Shown in pieces: positions 1 to 13,854 of a stretch of DNA of 64,000 bases; within the stretch, counting starts at the first letter, position 1; each line of letters opens with the position of its first letter. Location: NCBI GenBank assembly GCA_030265395.1, contig JARFYF010000029.1:3978224-4042223 (forward strand), read 5' to 3'. The notes below the pieces were generated by a model. That model saw nothing but the letters and a program-made list of their open reading frames with translations, ran no database searches and was not told the origin of the DNA. Position numbers and translations under genes: made by a program. This DNA comes from Rhina ancylostomus (taxonomy: Eukaryota).

Positions 1-2640
1 ATTGTTTTACTTCTGTGCTACTTGATATTAAATCATTTGTCGGTCACAATTCCTTAGTCATAAAGGATTAGAAAACAGAATGGTTTTGAAATGTGGCCTT
101 TAACAATTCAACTATAAGGCATCTCAATCTGTATGCTTGGATCAATTAAAATTAACACCTGAATGAGGGCTTGGCTGAAGGAAGGAGTTTCAGCTGCGAC
201 TGAGATTGGGCACAAGCCTGCAGTACCTCCATCATAGCTGTTGCATGGTATGGATAGTAAATAAGTGTATGCAGTTTTTTTTCCATGCCCTTATACTTGA
301 AACTAAGGCCATGGTCCATTTATTTTAATTGGATAGCAATATAACTGTGGAACATCTGGGGGGAAATCTGATATTGAGATGGAAAAGCCATCCCCACTGC
401 ATTGAAGTTTTATTTCCCAGGCTGAGAATAAAGGTGATTTGTCAGAATTTGGAAGATGTCACCTTGTGGGAGCCCTTCCTTCTGTCACTTATAAGCAGGA
501 AAGATGTTTTCCTTCTGACAGTGACATGTACAAAGCACAAAAAAAGCAGTCCCCAAAAACAAGGTGCAAGTAGAGGCACCACCATTTGGACCAAAATTCA
601 ATATCCCCTCTTTATCAGCTATGAGACAGTGGTTAAGTGCATTCTATTTTCCCCTCTTTCTCTGCTGGAGGAGGAAAAGAATGGGAATTGCCCTGACTGA
701 TTATGGAATTCAGAGTAAGCTCGGAACATCCAATGCCAACACTTAGTCACAAGCATATTGCATCTAGAAGCTGCCTGGGGTCTTCAGTTCTAAAGTTGAA
801 CTGAGATTCTACATTGACTCATTGGAAAAGAATCTTAATTCTGCTGATTGGTCACATCTGGTAGAGGAAGTTGACATGAGCTAACCATAATTTCTTAGAA
901 GAAGTTGAATGAGGCACACCTCTGTTTCTAGGGCAAGTCGCGTGCCTTCTGGATAGCATTGTCCAGTTAATTGTATTCCTCGTGCACCATTTCGGTGTTC
1001 TTCTTCAAAGGGGAATTTAACCAAGCTCGTCGTTAGATGGATGTGCAAGATTCCAAGAAAACTTGGAGAAAACTCAAATGTTCCCAGTGTCCAGACCAGT
1101 ATTCATTCATTGTTCAATAACAAAAACAAATTAATTGTCTCCCGGTTATTTGTGGTCACATTCTGTCAGCAGTTGGATGTGTATATTTTACAAAATCTTT
1201 TGCCACATTTAGAAGAATAATCAATGGATCATGCTCTGATGCGTGAGGGCATGTGTATGATACTGAGTGTATAGAGGTAGAACACACTGCCGTTGGTGAC
1301 TGAAATGATTTTTAAAAAACATTTTTGAAACAACCTGTTTTTACAGATATGAATTACCAGTTTAAAATGGTCCACAATATTGTTGCTCTTAGGGTGCAGG
1401 AACTGGATTTGAAAGCACCATGAATTCATTTCTAACCTCCAGCCAGAATGTTGGTGCTTATCATCCAATTTCTGGAGAAATGTGCTTTCCAAAAGTTTTG
1501 CCAGTCATTTTGTTTGAGTACCCAATAAATTCAGTAGCTTCAGTATAGTCACCATTTAATTTTGCAGAATCGGTGTTTCAAAACAAGTTCTTGGTATGAA
1601 TCCTGTGCAAGCCACTTAGCAGGCAATTCTATAATAAAAAAGTCTGTCAGGGTGAAGCAAAATGCTTTTGCTGCTCATAGGCCAGTTTTGTTAATATAAA
1701 TCTCTTGGCAAACCAATCCACTCCAGAGAAAGGAAGCTATGGTGTCATGGGAGGATATTTCTTCCTTCTATCTGGTTTGTTGTATTGCTCTAAAGGTTAA
1801 AATACCTCTCGGAGATGAAAAGGAGTCAATTCTTGCCAAGGTTGCCAAGCTGAGACCATCCAACTCTAGGGTGCTTTGCATATAGTAGAATGGTACACCT
1901 TCCCAGCTGCTTCAAGTGGGGATGCTTAAAATTGATAAGGGATTCTCTAGACTGGGTTAATTAATCTTGAGCCCCACTCCTTAATCAAGACAAATGAACA
2001 TTCAAGTGTTGGAAATGAAGTGAGACAGAATGGTGCTGCGTGAAATTATTCCTTTGAGTTCCACGGGAAGCATTCATTTAAATGCACAATCATTCAACCC
2101 AGTGTCTTTCAGTGAATATGCTGTAATATTGAGTGTNNNNNNNNNNNNNNNNNNNNNNNNNNNNNNNNNNNNNNAGTAATTCGTTTTTTTAAATATCAGA
2201 AAAGTCACTCTTAAACAGTGCAAAATGGTGTACTTGGGGAAATAAATTCCAGCACATACCCGTGTAGAAATTTAGATTTTGTATCTGAATTATCAAGCTG
2301 CATAAAGCATTTCACATTTAATATCAGGAGATTTGCTATATTGAAGTCCACTTCAAATTTTGGCTCTGATTGCTATTTTGTAAATGTGCAAGGATGAGTT
2401 AAGCAATGGTGCCATTATAAAACTAGTTCACTGGGCTAACGTGCTCCTTAAATGGCACTTCGCATTGGTGTATGATTCGAGCAAAATGCATCTTTTGTTA
2501 TTGGTTTCTCACAGGTGTTATTTTTAACATGTGTCATTGTGAAAGCATGCTCCCCAAACACTAATTTTTTTGTGTGTGTTGATTACTCAGATTTGCACAG
2601 TTTCATTGGTGAGAAGTTGAATATCCTGTGAACACTGGAG

Positions 2641-2814
2641 ATGTCTCGCAGCCCCGACACGAAAGAGGACCCTGTCGAATGCCCACTCTGCATGGAGCCT
2701 CTTGAAATTGATGACATCAACTTCTTCCCTTGCACCTGTGGCTACCAGATCTGTCGTTTCTGTTGGCACCGTATACGCACAGACGAGAACGGCCTCTGTC
2801 CAGCTTGCAGAAAA
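2641..2814 (+). CDS. CNOT4: CNOT4 first coding exon (exon 2): C4C4 RING finger
   Basis: ATG in gagATGt context; MSRSPDTKEDPVECPLCMEPLEIDDINFFPCTCGYQICRFCWHRIRTDENGLCPACRK; donor AAA|gtaagc at 2815; 174 nt coding. The 5'UTR acceptor is probably tcag|2591 (cactaat branch-like site plus T-tract), alternatively cag|2601. Confidence 0.98.
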
Positions 2815-4281
2815 GTAAGCTTATTTACTAGAAGCTGTGAGCCAAGCACTGAAACCTGAGATTATGCTAACACTGTCAGCCTCGTACATATTTGTCTTCA
2901 AGTATCTAGCATATTTTATTATGAGTAAAAAAGAAATGCTGTTTAGCAGAAGGTGGGAAGTGAAAGCCCAGTGTTGAGGCAGTGATTGCTGGAGTTCCAT
3001 CAAAGATCTCTCTGCGCCTTGACTTTTTGGGGACCACAGTAGTGTAGTGGTTGTTGTAACTTGGGCACATGTGAATTTATTTGAAATCCATAGAATTGAG
3101 TCACGGAAATAAAAACTGCTCTCAAAGAGCAAACATGGAGGTGAAAACGTGAGAAACTAGTGTTCCCTTTAAGGAAACCACTTGGCTGTAGCTAATCGGC
3201 CTTTCATGGGATTCTTGTCTTGACCCTTAACTGTCTTCTGGAATCCCACAGTTTCACCAGGATAACTTGAGACCGCTAATAACGTGGGAACCTTGCCAAC
3301 ACTCCAGAATGAAGAGGGCCGACAGTGCCGAAAATGAATAATCCCTATCATGTTGTGTAATTGCCCTTTTTTTAAAGAGCCTTTGAGCAACAATTTCATA
3401 TTAAATTAAACAATCTTTTGAAATCTAAGAGTTCATGGAGGTAATTGGATGGTAAAGCCTGATGCCTTTGCATGATGTTCTTTTGGTGTTTGTTTGCTTT
3501 TGATATTAAACATGTGAATTTGTAGTCAGGCATCCATTATCGAAAAAGGGCAAAAAGTAAGATTCATCTGCATATTAGCCAATCTTGTCGTTACTGGTAG
3601 ATTAGCTCCACCATTTAATAATCATGGGCAGCTGTATTCTGCAATTTTGCACTCGCAGGTTGCAAGTGGTTGCTTGTCACATGTCAAAACATGTCCAAGT
3701 TCACAATAAGAAATTCCTTTGTCTCAGAGGCACAAGACCAAAGTTATTATCTTCAAAGCTGCAGTGAGCACTGAATCCATTGTATGATTCCAACTGAACA
3801 AATTGTATTGGTCTACCACTGCTGCAACTTGGAGGCAATCAGTTGTAAAAATAGTATTCCCCTGAGCAATTACTAAGCAATGAAGATTATGCTATTCATT
3901 GACAATGCTGTCTTGATCCCATAGATTTAGATTCTGGATTTGCTCTTGTTACTTTGTCCACAGGTTATACTGCTAGTGTAACCTGGATGTTTCTTTCCTG
4001 CCCAACACATTGACTATTTATCTTGGAAGTTCATTTTCACTAGTGGAACAATTTAGATCTTTTCTCACTGTGGATGGAGGAATGAAAAGAGATTTCAACA
4101 CTGCCTTAACAAATTAAGAATTTGTGCCAACTTGGGTTACAGTGGAATGCTTCTCTGCGGAACATGTTTAGATGAATAAATCTTTGTCAAACGTTCTCTA
4201 TGGTACCAAAAATCTCAAATTGATCAGTGGGCTTGTATCTTTCCTTACTTAACCAGTATTTGTCTCCTCTTGCCCGACCAG

Positions 4282-4479
4282 CCCTACCCTGAAGATCCTG
4301 CGGTCTACAAACCACTCTCTCAAGAGGAGCTACAGAGGATAAAAAATGAGAAGAAACAGAAACAGAATGAGCGGAAACAAAAAATCTCAGAGAACCGCAA
4401 GCATTTGGCCAGTGTACGTGTTGTACAGAAGAATCTAGTTTTTGTGGTTGGTCTATCACAGCGGCTAGCAGATCCAGAG
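4282..4479 (+). CDS. CNOT4: CNOT4 exon 3: coiled coil and RRM start
   Basis: ccag|CCC acceptor; PYPEDPAVYKPLSQEELQRIKNEKKQKQNERKQKISENRKHLASVRVVQKNLVFVVGLSQRLADPE; GAG|gtgagc donor; 198 nt, phase 0-0. Confidence 0.98.
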
Positions 4480-5340
4480 GTGAGCCAATGTTTGCACTTT
4501 GTCGTAGTTTTCACAACCTTGGGATATTCTAAAATAATTGGTGTTTTTCAAATAAATTCATTATTCCAGTGTGGGAAGCTGAACAGCATATTTGCCCAAA
4601 AGGAACTATCAAGCAATGTGATTAAATCATTTCAGATGTTATTAAGTGATAAACATCAATCGCGAAACCGTAGAATGTCACACAGGTGCCGAATTCTAAA
4701 CTGTCGCTGGGTATGATGTACAGCAGGATGATAGTATAGTCGGGCTTAAATTCATAGCAAATTGTATCATGTCAACAGAATGCCAAAGATGTTTTGGTTG
4801 CAGACACATCTTTTTGAGTGACATCTTTTATAGTTGCTTTCTGCTAATTATTTATTTTGACCATCTTTTGAAAGTTCTTCAATTCAATCCAAGATTTGTT
4901 TTAAGTCCTTCAGTTTTTGACATTGTTACCAAGGGTGTAGTTCCCTTCCCATGTTAGTCTGTGAATGCATTAGCAATTGTTAATGTGCTAAAAATTGTTA
5001 CCCAAAAGAAAAAAATCTTCAATTTGGGACAATGCAAGGCTCACGTGAAGCCAACTTTCATCCCAAGGGCCTTCACACTAACTTCTTTGAAACTGTGAGC
5101 TTGGCAATGTTTTGTTGAGTAATACTCTGCCCAAACCATCAGCTCAACAAATGAAGCTTTCATTGTAGTTGTGTATTTGTTAAGTTACAGGTAATTTCTT
5201 GTTATTGGCCCATGCTGGTGTCAGTTGAAATTTATTGTTGAAAGAATTAGTTTTGTACTTTTTTTTTCAATTGTTAAATGACTCTTTGAATTGAATCTTT
5301 ATCTGGATCTGAAAAGCATTTCTAATTTTTTCACAACTAG

Positions 5341-5427
5341 GTTTTAAAACGGCCAGAATATTTTGGAAAGTTTGGCAAAATACATAAAGTTGTCATCAAC
5401 AACAGTACATCATACGCAGGTTCGCAG
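5341..5427 (+). CDS. CNOT4: CNOT4 exon 4: RRM
   Basis: ctag|GTT acceptor; VLKRPEYFGKFGKIHKVVINNSTSYAGSQ; CAG|gtaagg donor; 87 nt; not in the ORF track. Confidence 0.97.
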
Positions 5428-6499
5428 GTAAGGTTACACTAGCTAATGGCTCACTTATTGGTTGGTCTTCATTTATTCATTTGCTAGATAGTCCTGAGAA
5501 TACTAGAAAAAGACTGTGAGACTCTTGTCTTTTCTGTCAGGATTAATGACTTTATCTGAATCAAAAACATGCCCTGCTGTCATGGCTTCTCTATCTTTGG
5601 GGACATAACATTTATTTTGTATTTTGGAATAGTGTAGATATTTGTACTAACTCCCAGTCTTCTGGGCTGAAATTGTATGCTGTTTGTCAATCTACATCAG
5701 TATTGGTCACTGAGCGTCCTTCTCTCAGTGGAATAAGTGGAATCCTCACTGGGATTAAAGCATTATTGGTTTATTGTGCATGTAGATAATTACGACACAG
5801 AATGTGAAACGAGCATTGTAGATTAGTTGTGCTAAGTTTTAATTGGTTTGACGTGAAGGAATGGACCCCTTTCGCCAGTTTCTTGAACAGTTTTACAGCA
5901 TAGAATCTTGTTCTGCATCACATTTCAAATTTTATCAGGTGGGTGCTGAAGAGCTTGGTGCAGGAGAGATATGTAATAAAACTCATTGCTCCAATCTTTT
6001 GCCAATCTATAGAATGTACTTTAAGAGAAAGAAAACTGACAATTGCACATGTAAAGTTCTGGGGAAAGATCCATGTAAGGGACTGGATTTTTGTGTTGTG
6101 ACTTGGTCAGAAGTCAGAGGAAGATGGCATTTGGGAATTTAAAAGCATTTGAAGATGCGAGGAACATTGATCTGAGAACCAAAGTGCACGATTGAATAGA
6201 AGAAGTTCTTGAGAAAACTCTCGAATTTCTAGAGATTCTATTTATATTCGATTGAATAGAAAGAGAATAACTGGGAGTTATTCAGTTCACAATAAACTGA
6301 AGGTATAAAAAATTTGCAAGCACACAGCACAATCAGCATAAAACATTTAAAAACAGATCAACATTCTCTGAGCCTTCCAGATCTGAGTGAGATTGTAATT
6401 ACTCTAGTATACTGAACATACTGCATTGTTCATGTGAGGTATGGACTGTAGAAATGACGAAGTGCCATTTTCCACACAAGAAAAAATGTAGTTCCTGCA

Positions 6500-6650
6500 A
6501 GTCAAAATCAAAAATGCTAGAAATCTAAAACAAAACCAGCAAAGTTTTTGACTTCAGTTCTGGTGGAAGCTCTCTGACCTGAAACATTGATTGCCGCAGA
6601 TGCGGCCGGACCTGAATCCTTCCAGCATTTTCTCCTTGTGCTACAGTTTC
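6500..6650. mobile_element. Penelope-derived short inverted-repeat element with hammerhead-like relic
   Basis: aaaaatgctagaa ... ttccagcattttc inverted ends; internal CAGTT-CTGGTGG...GACCT-GAAAC-ATT-GATTG. Confidence 0.55.
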
Positions 6651-6819
6651 TGTCGTCCAGTTTTAGGAGAAATGAGAGTTCCATTTGCAGTCAGGATGTT
6701 GAGAGCATGCTATGGATGAGGACAAAGTAATATTTCAAAGCGCATTCTGTAAATTAAATTGTGAGAACAGAGGGGTTTCAGGGCAATTTGGACATTAGGA
6801 TTAATGAGGCAAAACCTTG

Positions 6820-7590
6820 AAAGATGCATTACATGTGGACAAATGTGTAATCATCCACCCTGGGGTGGGAAAGGGACAGGGGAAATGGAAAAGCAGTATT
6901 TTTTAATTGTTAAATTTAGAAATGTTGATGGACAAAGAGACTTGGGTATTATTGCATACTGGGCACTGAAAGTGCAACGAGCAGATAAGACAATTGATAT
7001 GTTGGCCTTCACAACAAGGAGGTTTGAATACAGGTGCAAAGCTGTCCTGTTAAGAATTTTACAGAGCCTTGATGAGATCACACCTGGAGTATAGTGTCAG
7101 TTTGGTGCCTTGCATGATGAAGGATAAACTTAACACAGAGGGAGTGCATCAAAGGTTCACCAAACTGATTGCTGAGTTGTAGACTGCTGTACGAGACAAG
7201 ATGAAGTTAATGAGGATTGTATTCATTGCAACTTAAAAGAATGGAAGGGGATCCAATGAAACCTTAAATTTCTTATGGGGTTAGACAAATGGGTTTTGAG
7301 GAAGATGATTTCCCAGGCTGGTGTGTTCCAGAATAAGGGGTCACAGTTTCAGGATATGGGGTAATAAATGTAGCACTGAGATAAGGTGGACTTCTTCACC
7401 AAGAGGGTAATAATGACACTGGAAGCCTGGCGGGGCCAAGCTGATGAATATATGTATGGAAATTTTTTTTCGAGATAACAAGTCATAGAGGAGCATGGGG
7501 AGAGGATAGGAATGTGCTGAGATAGATGATCAGTCCTGATTGCACTGAATGGTGAAGCAGTTTGATGGGCCAAAAGGTCCACATGAGTGT
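6820..7590 (+). mobile_element. Decayed CR1/L2-type LINE, 3' part
   Basis: RT C-terminal remnants (QRDLGI, MLAFTTRRFEY, cacctggagtatagtgtcagtttgg, aaggttcaccaaactgatt); frameshifts and stops; similar to other copies in the window. Confidence 0.75.
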
Positions 7591-8239
7591 ATTTGAAGGG
7601 ACTTCTGTATTTGAAGGGACCAGATAGTGACACGTGGAAAAGTAAGGAGCAGTCAAAAGCTGGTTACAGCTGAAGGGCAGCTGAAAACTTTGGGAGAGGA
7701 AAAGGTCAGTAAGAACTTTCCATTGGGTGGTTTCTTTGGGTGCTGTAAATGGGTGTGGCACAGGTTGACTGGAATCCACTTGGGAGATGAAAGGGTAAAA
7801 TGACAGTTTAATAAGGGTATGAATGCAAGGCAATTTTGAATGGAGAAGACAATGATGCAATGGTGCAGCATTTTGTTAAAGGAGACTTTCCTCTGGAGGA
7901 GTCGTCCAGAACGAGGACTTAATTTGAGCTTTGGCGTACAGGAGTAAAATTGGAGCGCATTTTACACAATGCAGTGGAATCTGGAACTGGATCCCCAAAA
8001 TGTCATGGATGTTGGGTTAATTTTGAAGTTTTGGGAAGTCAATAGGTTTGAGAGGTGGGGATAGTGATTAAGACTAATGGATGCACCTATAAATCTGATC
8101 AGATTCTTAAAGTATCATGGCAGATTTTGCAATAGACACAGAATTATACAAGTGAGTAAAAATTGAATGGATAGCACTTAAAAGTATTACATCATTCATG
8201 AGATGTGGGAAAAACACTGGGTCTACTCAAGGCACAAGA

Positions 8240-8860
8240 GATTCTGCAGATGCTGGAGCGACAGACAAAATGCTGGAGGAACTCAGCAGGTCAGGCAGCA
8301 TCTATGGAGGGAAATAAACAGCCAATGTTTTGGGTCAGGACCCTTCACCAGGACTGGAAAGGAAAAGGGCAGAAGCCAAAATAAGAAGGGAGGGGGAGCA
8401 GCACAGGCTGGCAGGTGATGTGTGTCAGGTGAGAGGAGGAAAGGTGGGGATTAACCTACTTTTCTTCCTCTCTCCCCCAGATCATTCCCTCTACCCCACT
8501 CACCTACCTACCTTCCCCTTCACACCTGGACTCATCCATCACCTGCCAGCTTATGCTCTTTCCCCCCCTGCCTATCTTTTTATTCTGGCTTCTGCCTTCT
8601 TCCTTCTCGGTCCCGCTGAAGGGTTTCAGTGTGAAAAGTCTGGACTGGTACAGGGTCTTGACCTGAAATGTCAACCATCCCTTTGCCTCCAGAGATGCTG
8701 CTTGACTCTCTGGATATACATTCAGGCAGCATATGTGGAAAGAGTTATTGTTTCAGGTCAGTGACCTGCAGTCAGAACTTCTCCCAATACCTGAAACATT
8801 AACTCAGTTTCTCTTTTTGCTGGATGCTGCCTAATTATTTCTGGCATTGTTTTCATATCT
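8240..8860. mobile_element. Cluster of Penelope-derived terminal repeats in alternating orientation
   Basis: atgctggaggaactcagcaggtcaggcagcatct and its reverse complement (agagatgctgcttgac, gatgctgcct); five hammerhead-like cores. Confidence 0.7.
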
Positions 8861-10119
8861 CAAGTGTTTTTTGCTTTGTAATTGCTGTGATTTGAGAGAT
8901 CTTACTGAGTGCTATAAATATAAATTATCTGAATCTAGGCAAATTGAACCTGACTAACATATTATGAAGCAATTTGAATGTTTGTTTTTTTTTATAAACT
9001 CAGTAAATTGAGTCTGGCCAAAACCCCTCTGAGAAATAAATTACCTTAATCAAGTTGCCCAATTTTAAACACATGATTTGCATCTATTTTGTTTTGCATC
9101 TTTTAATCTAGTTGTTTTAAAATCTCAGATTTGAGACCAAATCACTTAGGAAATAATTATGAAAAGAGTAAAGCTATGTAACTTTCTGTGACGTGTACCT
9201 ACCAGCAGAATCCTCTTCGCATGAAGAAAAATTGTTATGCTGGTCTAACAAAATCAAAGTGTAATTGGAGGGACAAAAGCTGTAGAAATGCAATGTTTCA
9301 ACTCTGAGATTAGTAAACCAGGTGGACTGTAAATTGAAAATGATGAAGCTTTGATATAATATTCAGGTATGCTTTGAAAAAACAGCTGTGAATCTGCTAA
9401 AACGAACTCAAAATGAAACTGCCAGCTAGGAAATACAAAAGCTTATGAGACATTCGTAAGCTTGTGAACCAATGGCATCATCCTTGGTGGAAGTAGGAGG
9501 AGAGCTGAGCTGAGGCTGAGTCCTCTGGCAACATTGCCATTGAGGGTATTGGTTCTCCAGTTAGTATGGTCCTTGTGACGGAAACAGGTCTACGAAGTTT
9601 TGTAACAAGAATTAAGGATGTTGGGAGAAATGGTTCAATAAGTTCTATGGCACAAAATTAACTAAAATGAAAGAAGAATCATTATAGTGGTAAAGAGATA
9701 CTTTCACACTGAAGAGAAACGTGAATTTCCCCAGGAGTTGTGTGAAACCACTAGTTTTAATATTATATCTGAGCTTGCTGCACAAATTTTCAAGTTTGCA
9801 AGTGGCACGAAACTTGGAAAAGTATTGAGCAGTGAGGGTGATGGTAACATGTCAGGAAGACCTGGATAAAGGTACAATGTACAGACACTAAGCAGATGAA
9901 ACACAGAGCATTGTCAAGTGATTAAATTTTGATATGAAGAAATGATGAGTAAATTTAACACGACAGTAAGGTTTTACAGTGCACTATTCTTTCTGAATCT
10001 TCAGTGAGTTTTGTCCTTTAAGTCAATACAAATTAAACCGATCGTTTGCAATGCAATACCAAAGACTTTCTATTACCTTTTTAACTCACTTTAGCTTCCC
10101 ATAAAATTTAAGCAAAGTC

Positions 10120-11340
10120 ACAGTGCAGGTGCCTATTAAGTCAATGCAGGTTCCTCAAAACAGTGCGATTGGTCATCGTGCCCTGCTTTTTCTCCATAGG
10201 CCTGAAAATTTATGCTCCCTGTCCTGTTTGCTTTTGAAGATCATTTCCATGCCATCACCCTTGTAGGGCAGTAAATTCCAGGTCCTAACTCAATGCATTG
10301 AGTATTTTTCATCAATCCCTCTACCTTTCTGGCCCACTTTTAAATTGGAGCCCTTTCTTGAACCATATGCTGTTAGGAGCAGATTCCTCCTTATAGCTTA
10401 TCTGTCATACTTTTAAAACCTTAATCAAATTTCCAGTGAATCTTTGGTCTAAGGAGAATGACTCCAGCTTCTCCATTGTATTTTATAGGTGAAATCCCTG
10501 AACCCTGAAAGCATGATAATAAATCTTTTCTGTACCCTCTCTTGGACTTGGAAATGCATCCTCAAATGTGGTGATCAGAACTGGGCAAAGTACTGCAGTT
10601 GTGGCCTAACTAGTGTTTTGTACAGGTTCAGCATTTGTACTCTGTGCCTCTATAAATCTCAGGATTCCATGTGCTTTACTAACCACTTGCTCAACATGTT
10701 CCGCAACTTTCAAAGATTAATGTACATGTTCAGCCAGGTTCCTATGTTCATAGAATCCCTTTGGAATTTTGCCATTCACTCAGTCTTGTATTTAATTGTT
10801 TTTGCCCAAATATATCATTTCATATTGTCACTTGCGTATCCATTCTGCCAGCCACTCAGTCTTCTGACAGCATCGTGCTATCCTGTCAAACTTTGTATCA
10901 CCTGAAGATTTGAAAATCATACAGCATCGACCCATTTTGATCGAGGATGAGATCCCTGCACTGACCCCCAGGAGCTCCTCAGTTCCCATCCTCCACTCCA
11001 GAAAGAGAAATCAGTTTACCACAATTCATTATGTTCTTCCTTTAACTTGTTCAGCGACTTGTTCTTTAATATTACAAAGCAACCTTCAGTGTGCGCCATA
11101 AAATCCTTGCAGCTGGTGTCTCATGCATTTTGTTAATTCACAAAAAATACATTCGGATTAGTCCGTCACAATCTTTCATGAACAAAACTGTTGGCTTGAC
11201 TCTCAGTTCAGACTTATCCAAGAGGCTACTAGATTCACTTTGTTTCTCAAATCTCACTCATGACAAAAGTTAAGCTGACTACTCAATAGTTACCTGGCAT
11301 GCCTTTTGTTTCTTACTCAATAAATGTGACATTTGCCATT
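10120..11340 (-). mobile_element. Decayed CR1-type LINE
   Basis: Reverse-strand CR1 3' motifs (ttctgtaccctctc, tgtggtgatcagaactgggcaaagtactgcagttgtggcctaac). Confidence 0.65.
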
Positions 11341-11950
11341 TTAAGACAAATGTGACAGGTTAAGCTGCAAAGATATTTTTTAAGAAGGCATTTGGAATCA
11401 TTCAGTTTATTGTCAAGCAGTAGAATACAAAAATCTGGAAATGCTTCAAAACTTTTGAAAGATATTGATATTCATCAACTGAAGTTTCCAATTCAGTTAT
11501 AGGCATCATGCATTAAGAATTTTAATCTCTTGGGGAAGTGTAGGGGGCGGGGGAGAAGAGCAGACAAAATTTAATAAAATCGTTGGTTCCAGGAAAGAGG
11601 GATTACTGACCTTGAAGAGCAAAATGTTAAGAGGAGATCTGAAAATAATGAACTGTATTTGTCATTTGTCAGTAAATGATCAAAACTGTTTCTTTGACAG
11701 CAGGATCAGTAACCAGAAGGTCCAAATTGAAAGTGTGTTGCAAAACAAACAAGTGGTGTGAAACATGAAAATCTGAGATGCACTTCTTGTTGGGATGGTG
11801 GAGGCAGGTTCATTGGTAGCACAAAAAGGGAATTGAGTGAGTCCTTTGAGGGAGAATAGTTAGCAAAAAAAATTGAAGGAGCAGTCTGGTGGGATGAATG
11901 GGGTACAATCATAAAATGATGGCAACAGTGATAGGCCAGTATTTGACCTC
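11340..11950 (+). mobile_element. Decayed CR1-type LINE 3' fragment
   Basis: gttaagaggagatctga, caggatcagtaaccaga motifs shared with other + strand copies. Confidence 0.5.
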
Positions 11951-12360
11951 AAGGCCATGCTCACATCCACAAGCAATGGTGTTAATCCTGCTCTCGCCCT
12001 TTGCCTGCAGCCCTGTAATTATTGCTCTCTGCCCTTGGCTCTTTTAGGATCACAATCTGTGTTGGTATATTTATCCCTGCAGCTCATCATTTGTATTTAT
12101 TACACTTTGTAGATTTACACATGCTCTCCCTGGAGCTCTCCTAGATCCCCTCGTTCCCTCTTGGTATGCTTCCAGTTAATACTGTATTAGAATTTAAGTG
12201 TCAAAGAACTGGAGTAGGCACAATCTGCCAACTTAACTCCTTCAGAACTATATTGTCCTATGTTTTAATTCACCATTTTCCCTCCTGTGAGTGTGAATGT
12301 TTGCTGGCAGTACTTTTTTAAAAAAAATCTTATTGCTAACTAAATTGCTGTTTCTTCAAG

Positions 12361-12462
12361 GGTCCCAGTGCGAGTGCTTATGTAACCTACATACGGTCTG
12401 AAGACGCACTAAGAGCAATACAGTGTGTAAATAATGTGGTGGTGGATGGCAGGACACTTAAG
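12361..12462 (+). CDS. CNOT4: CNOT4 exon 5: RRM
   Basis: ttcttcaag|GGT acceptor; GPSASAYVTYIRSEDALRAIQCVNNVVVDGRTLK; AAG|gtaaga donor; 102 nt. Confidence 0.97.
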
Positions 12463-13626
12463 GTAAGAAATCGCTTTGTAGTCTGTTGCAAACACTTATT
12501 GCATGCCATGTTTTCAGATCTGCAAGTTTACTTCTGTAGCTTCAGTGCAATAAGCTTTGCACAAATGAAGTGTCAAATTATGACATAAACATAAGCCAAA
12601 ATGCCATTGCTGAGAGAAGCCAAGTAGTTAAGTACAGCAGAATTTTGCCATGAGCAAAGATAAACTGTAAACCCACAGCAATGTCAAAACAAAACTGCTT
12701 TGAGTTTTTGTTCAATTTTTATCCTGTGACTCTTGCTCAGAAGATAAACTGCCAGTTATATTGCTAGATATTGAAATCTTATACAAAATATTATTCGCAA
12801 GGCAATGTAGATTGATGTGACTATGTCTCTCCCATGTAACAACCATAAAAACTCTGTTTCCGTGCTGTATCGTGGAATAGAATACGAAAGGAGCTAATTC
12901 GGCCCCTTGTGACTCCTCATTTGCAAGAGCATTAATCTTGCTCCTTTTCCCCAAGGCCCTGCAATTTTATTTAAGTATACATCTAGTTCCCTTTTGAAAA
13001 TTATAAAATTCTGTGCAGATGAAATATCTTAACTATTAATCCTATTTAAAGTTGGATTCTTTAAACATCTGGTTGATTATTATGTGTAATTGGTCTTCAG
13101 TCTAGTTTTGATTTTAAATTAAGGAACAACTATCCTGGTGAAAGGACTAAAATATCCCATCAAGCCATTTTAGAATCTTTTGGCACTTGCATATTTAAAT
13201 GAAGATTTAGTTAAATCAAAACAAATCCACTGTGGATTTGCTTCAGTCTTTTGATCTGCACCTCAAAGCATTTTGTTAAAAGCGTGAGTATCACCTGAAA
13301 TGAAATGGCCAAATCACTGGTTGATTTGCTTGACCTGCACCCAATGGGGCAGGGTACTATACTAAGGAATTTCATGTAAATGAGTATGCAACTCCAGGTT
13401 AGCCCTGAACCTGAAGGCAATTTTATAACTGCATACTATTTTAATCCTGTATCAAGCGAACACCAATAATGCAAATCTGTATCTATATTATTGTACTGAC
13501 AATTTAAAACCAGGCCTTTATAATGTTTTTTTGATGGATCTTAATCATGGAAGAGTTGCAACCAGGTAAAAACCATTAAGTGTCGACATGTCTACAATTA
13601 CTGACTTTATTTTCCTCTCTCTCAAG

Positions 13627-13752
13627 GCATCTTTAGGCACAACGAAGTATTGCAGTTATTTCCTAAAGAACATGCAGTGTCCTAAACCAGACTGTATGTA
13701 TTTGCATGAGCTCGGGGATGAAGCAGCAAGCTTCACTAAAGAGGAGATGCAG
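13627..13752 (+). CDS. CNOT4: CNOT4 exon 6: C3H1 zinc finger
   Basis: ctctctcaag|GCA acceptor; ASLGTTKYCSYFLKNMQCPKPDCMYLHELGDEAASFTKEEMQ; CAG|gtaggt donor; 126 nt. Confidence 0.97.
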
Positions 13753-13854
13753 GTAGGTTCACCAGCCTAAAGAAAATGATGTGCAATGTTGGCACAAAGC
13801 ACAATCATCAAAAGTCAGCATCAAAACCAGTTTTTGAAAATCAAAAAATTGGAA

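Noticed and set aside
329-700. 123-aa ORF in intron 1
   Set aside because: Non-ATG start, no recognisable domain or splice context; probably chance or a decayed repeat.
1-2590. Promoter or CpG island for CNOT4
   Set aside because: The region is AT-rich and CpG-poor and ends in a splice acceptor; it is intron 1, with exon 1 upstream of the window.
7589-7620. Direct repeat gtatttgaagggac x2 (similar micro-duplications at about 19432 and 46454)
   Set aside because: Two-copy local slippage duplications; not CRISPR-like or a functional array.
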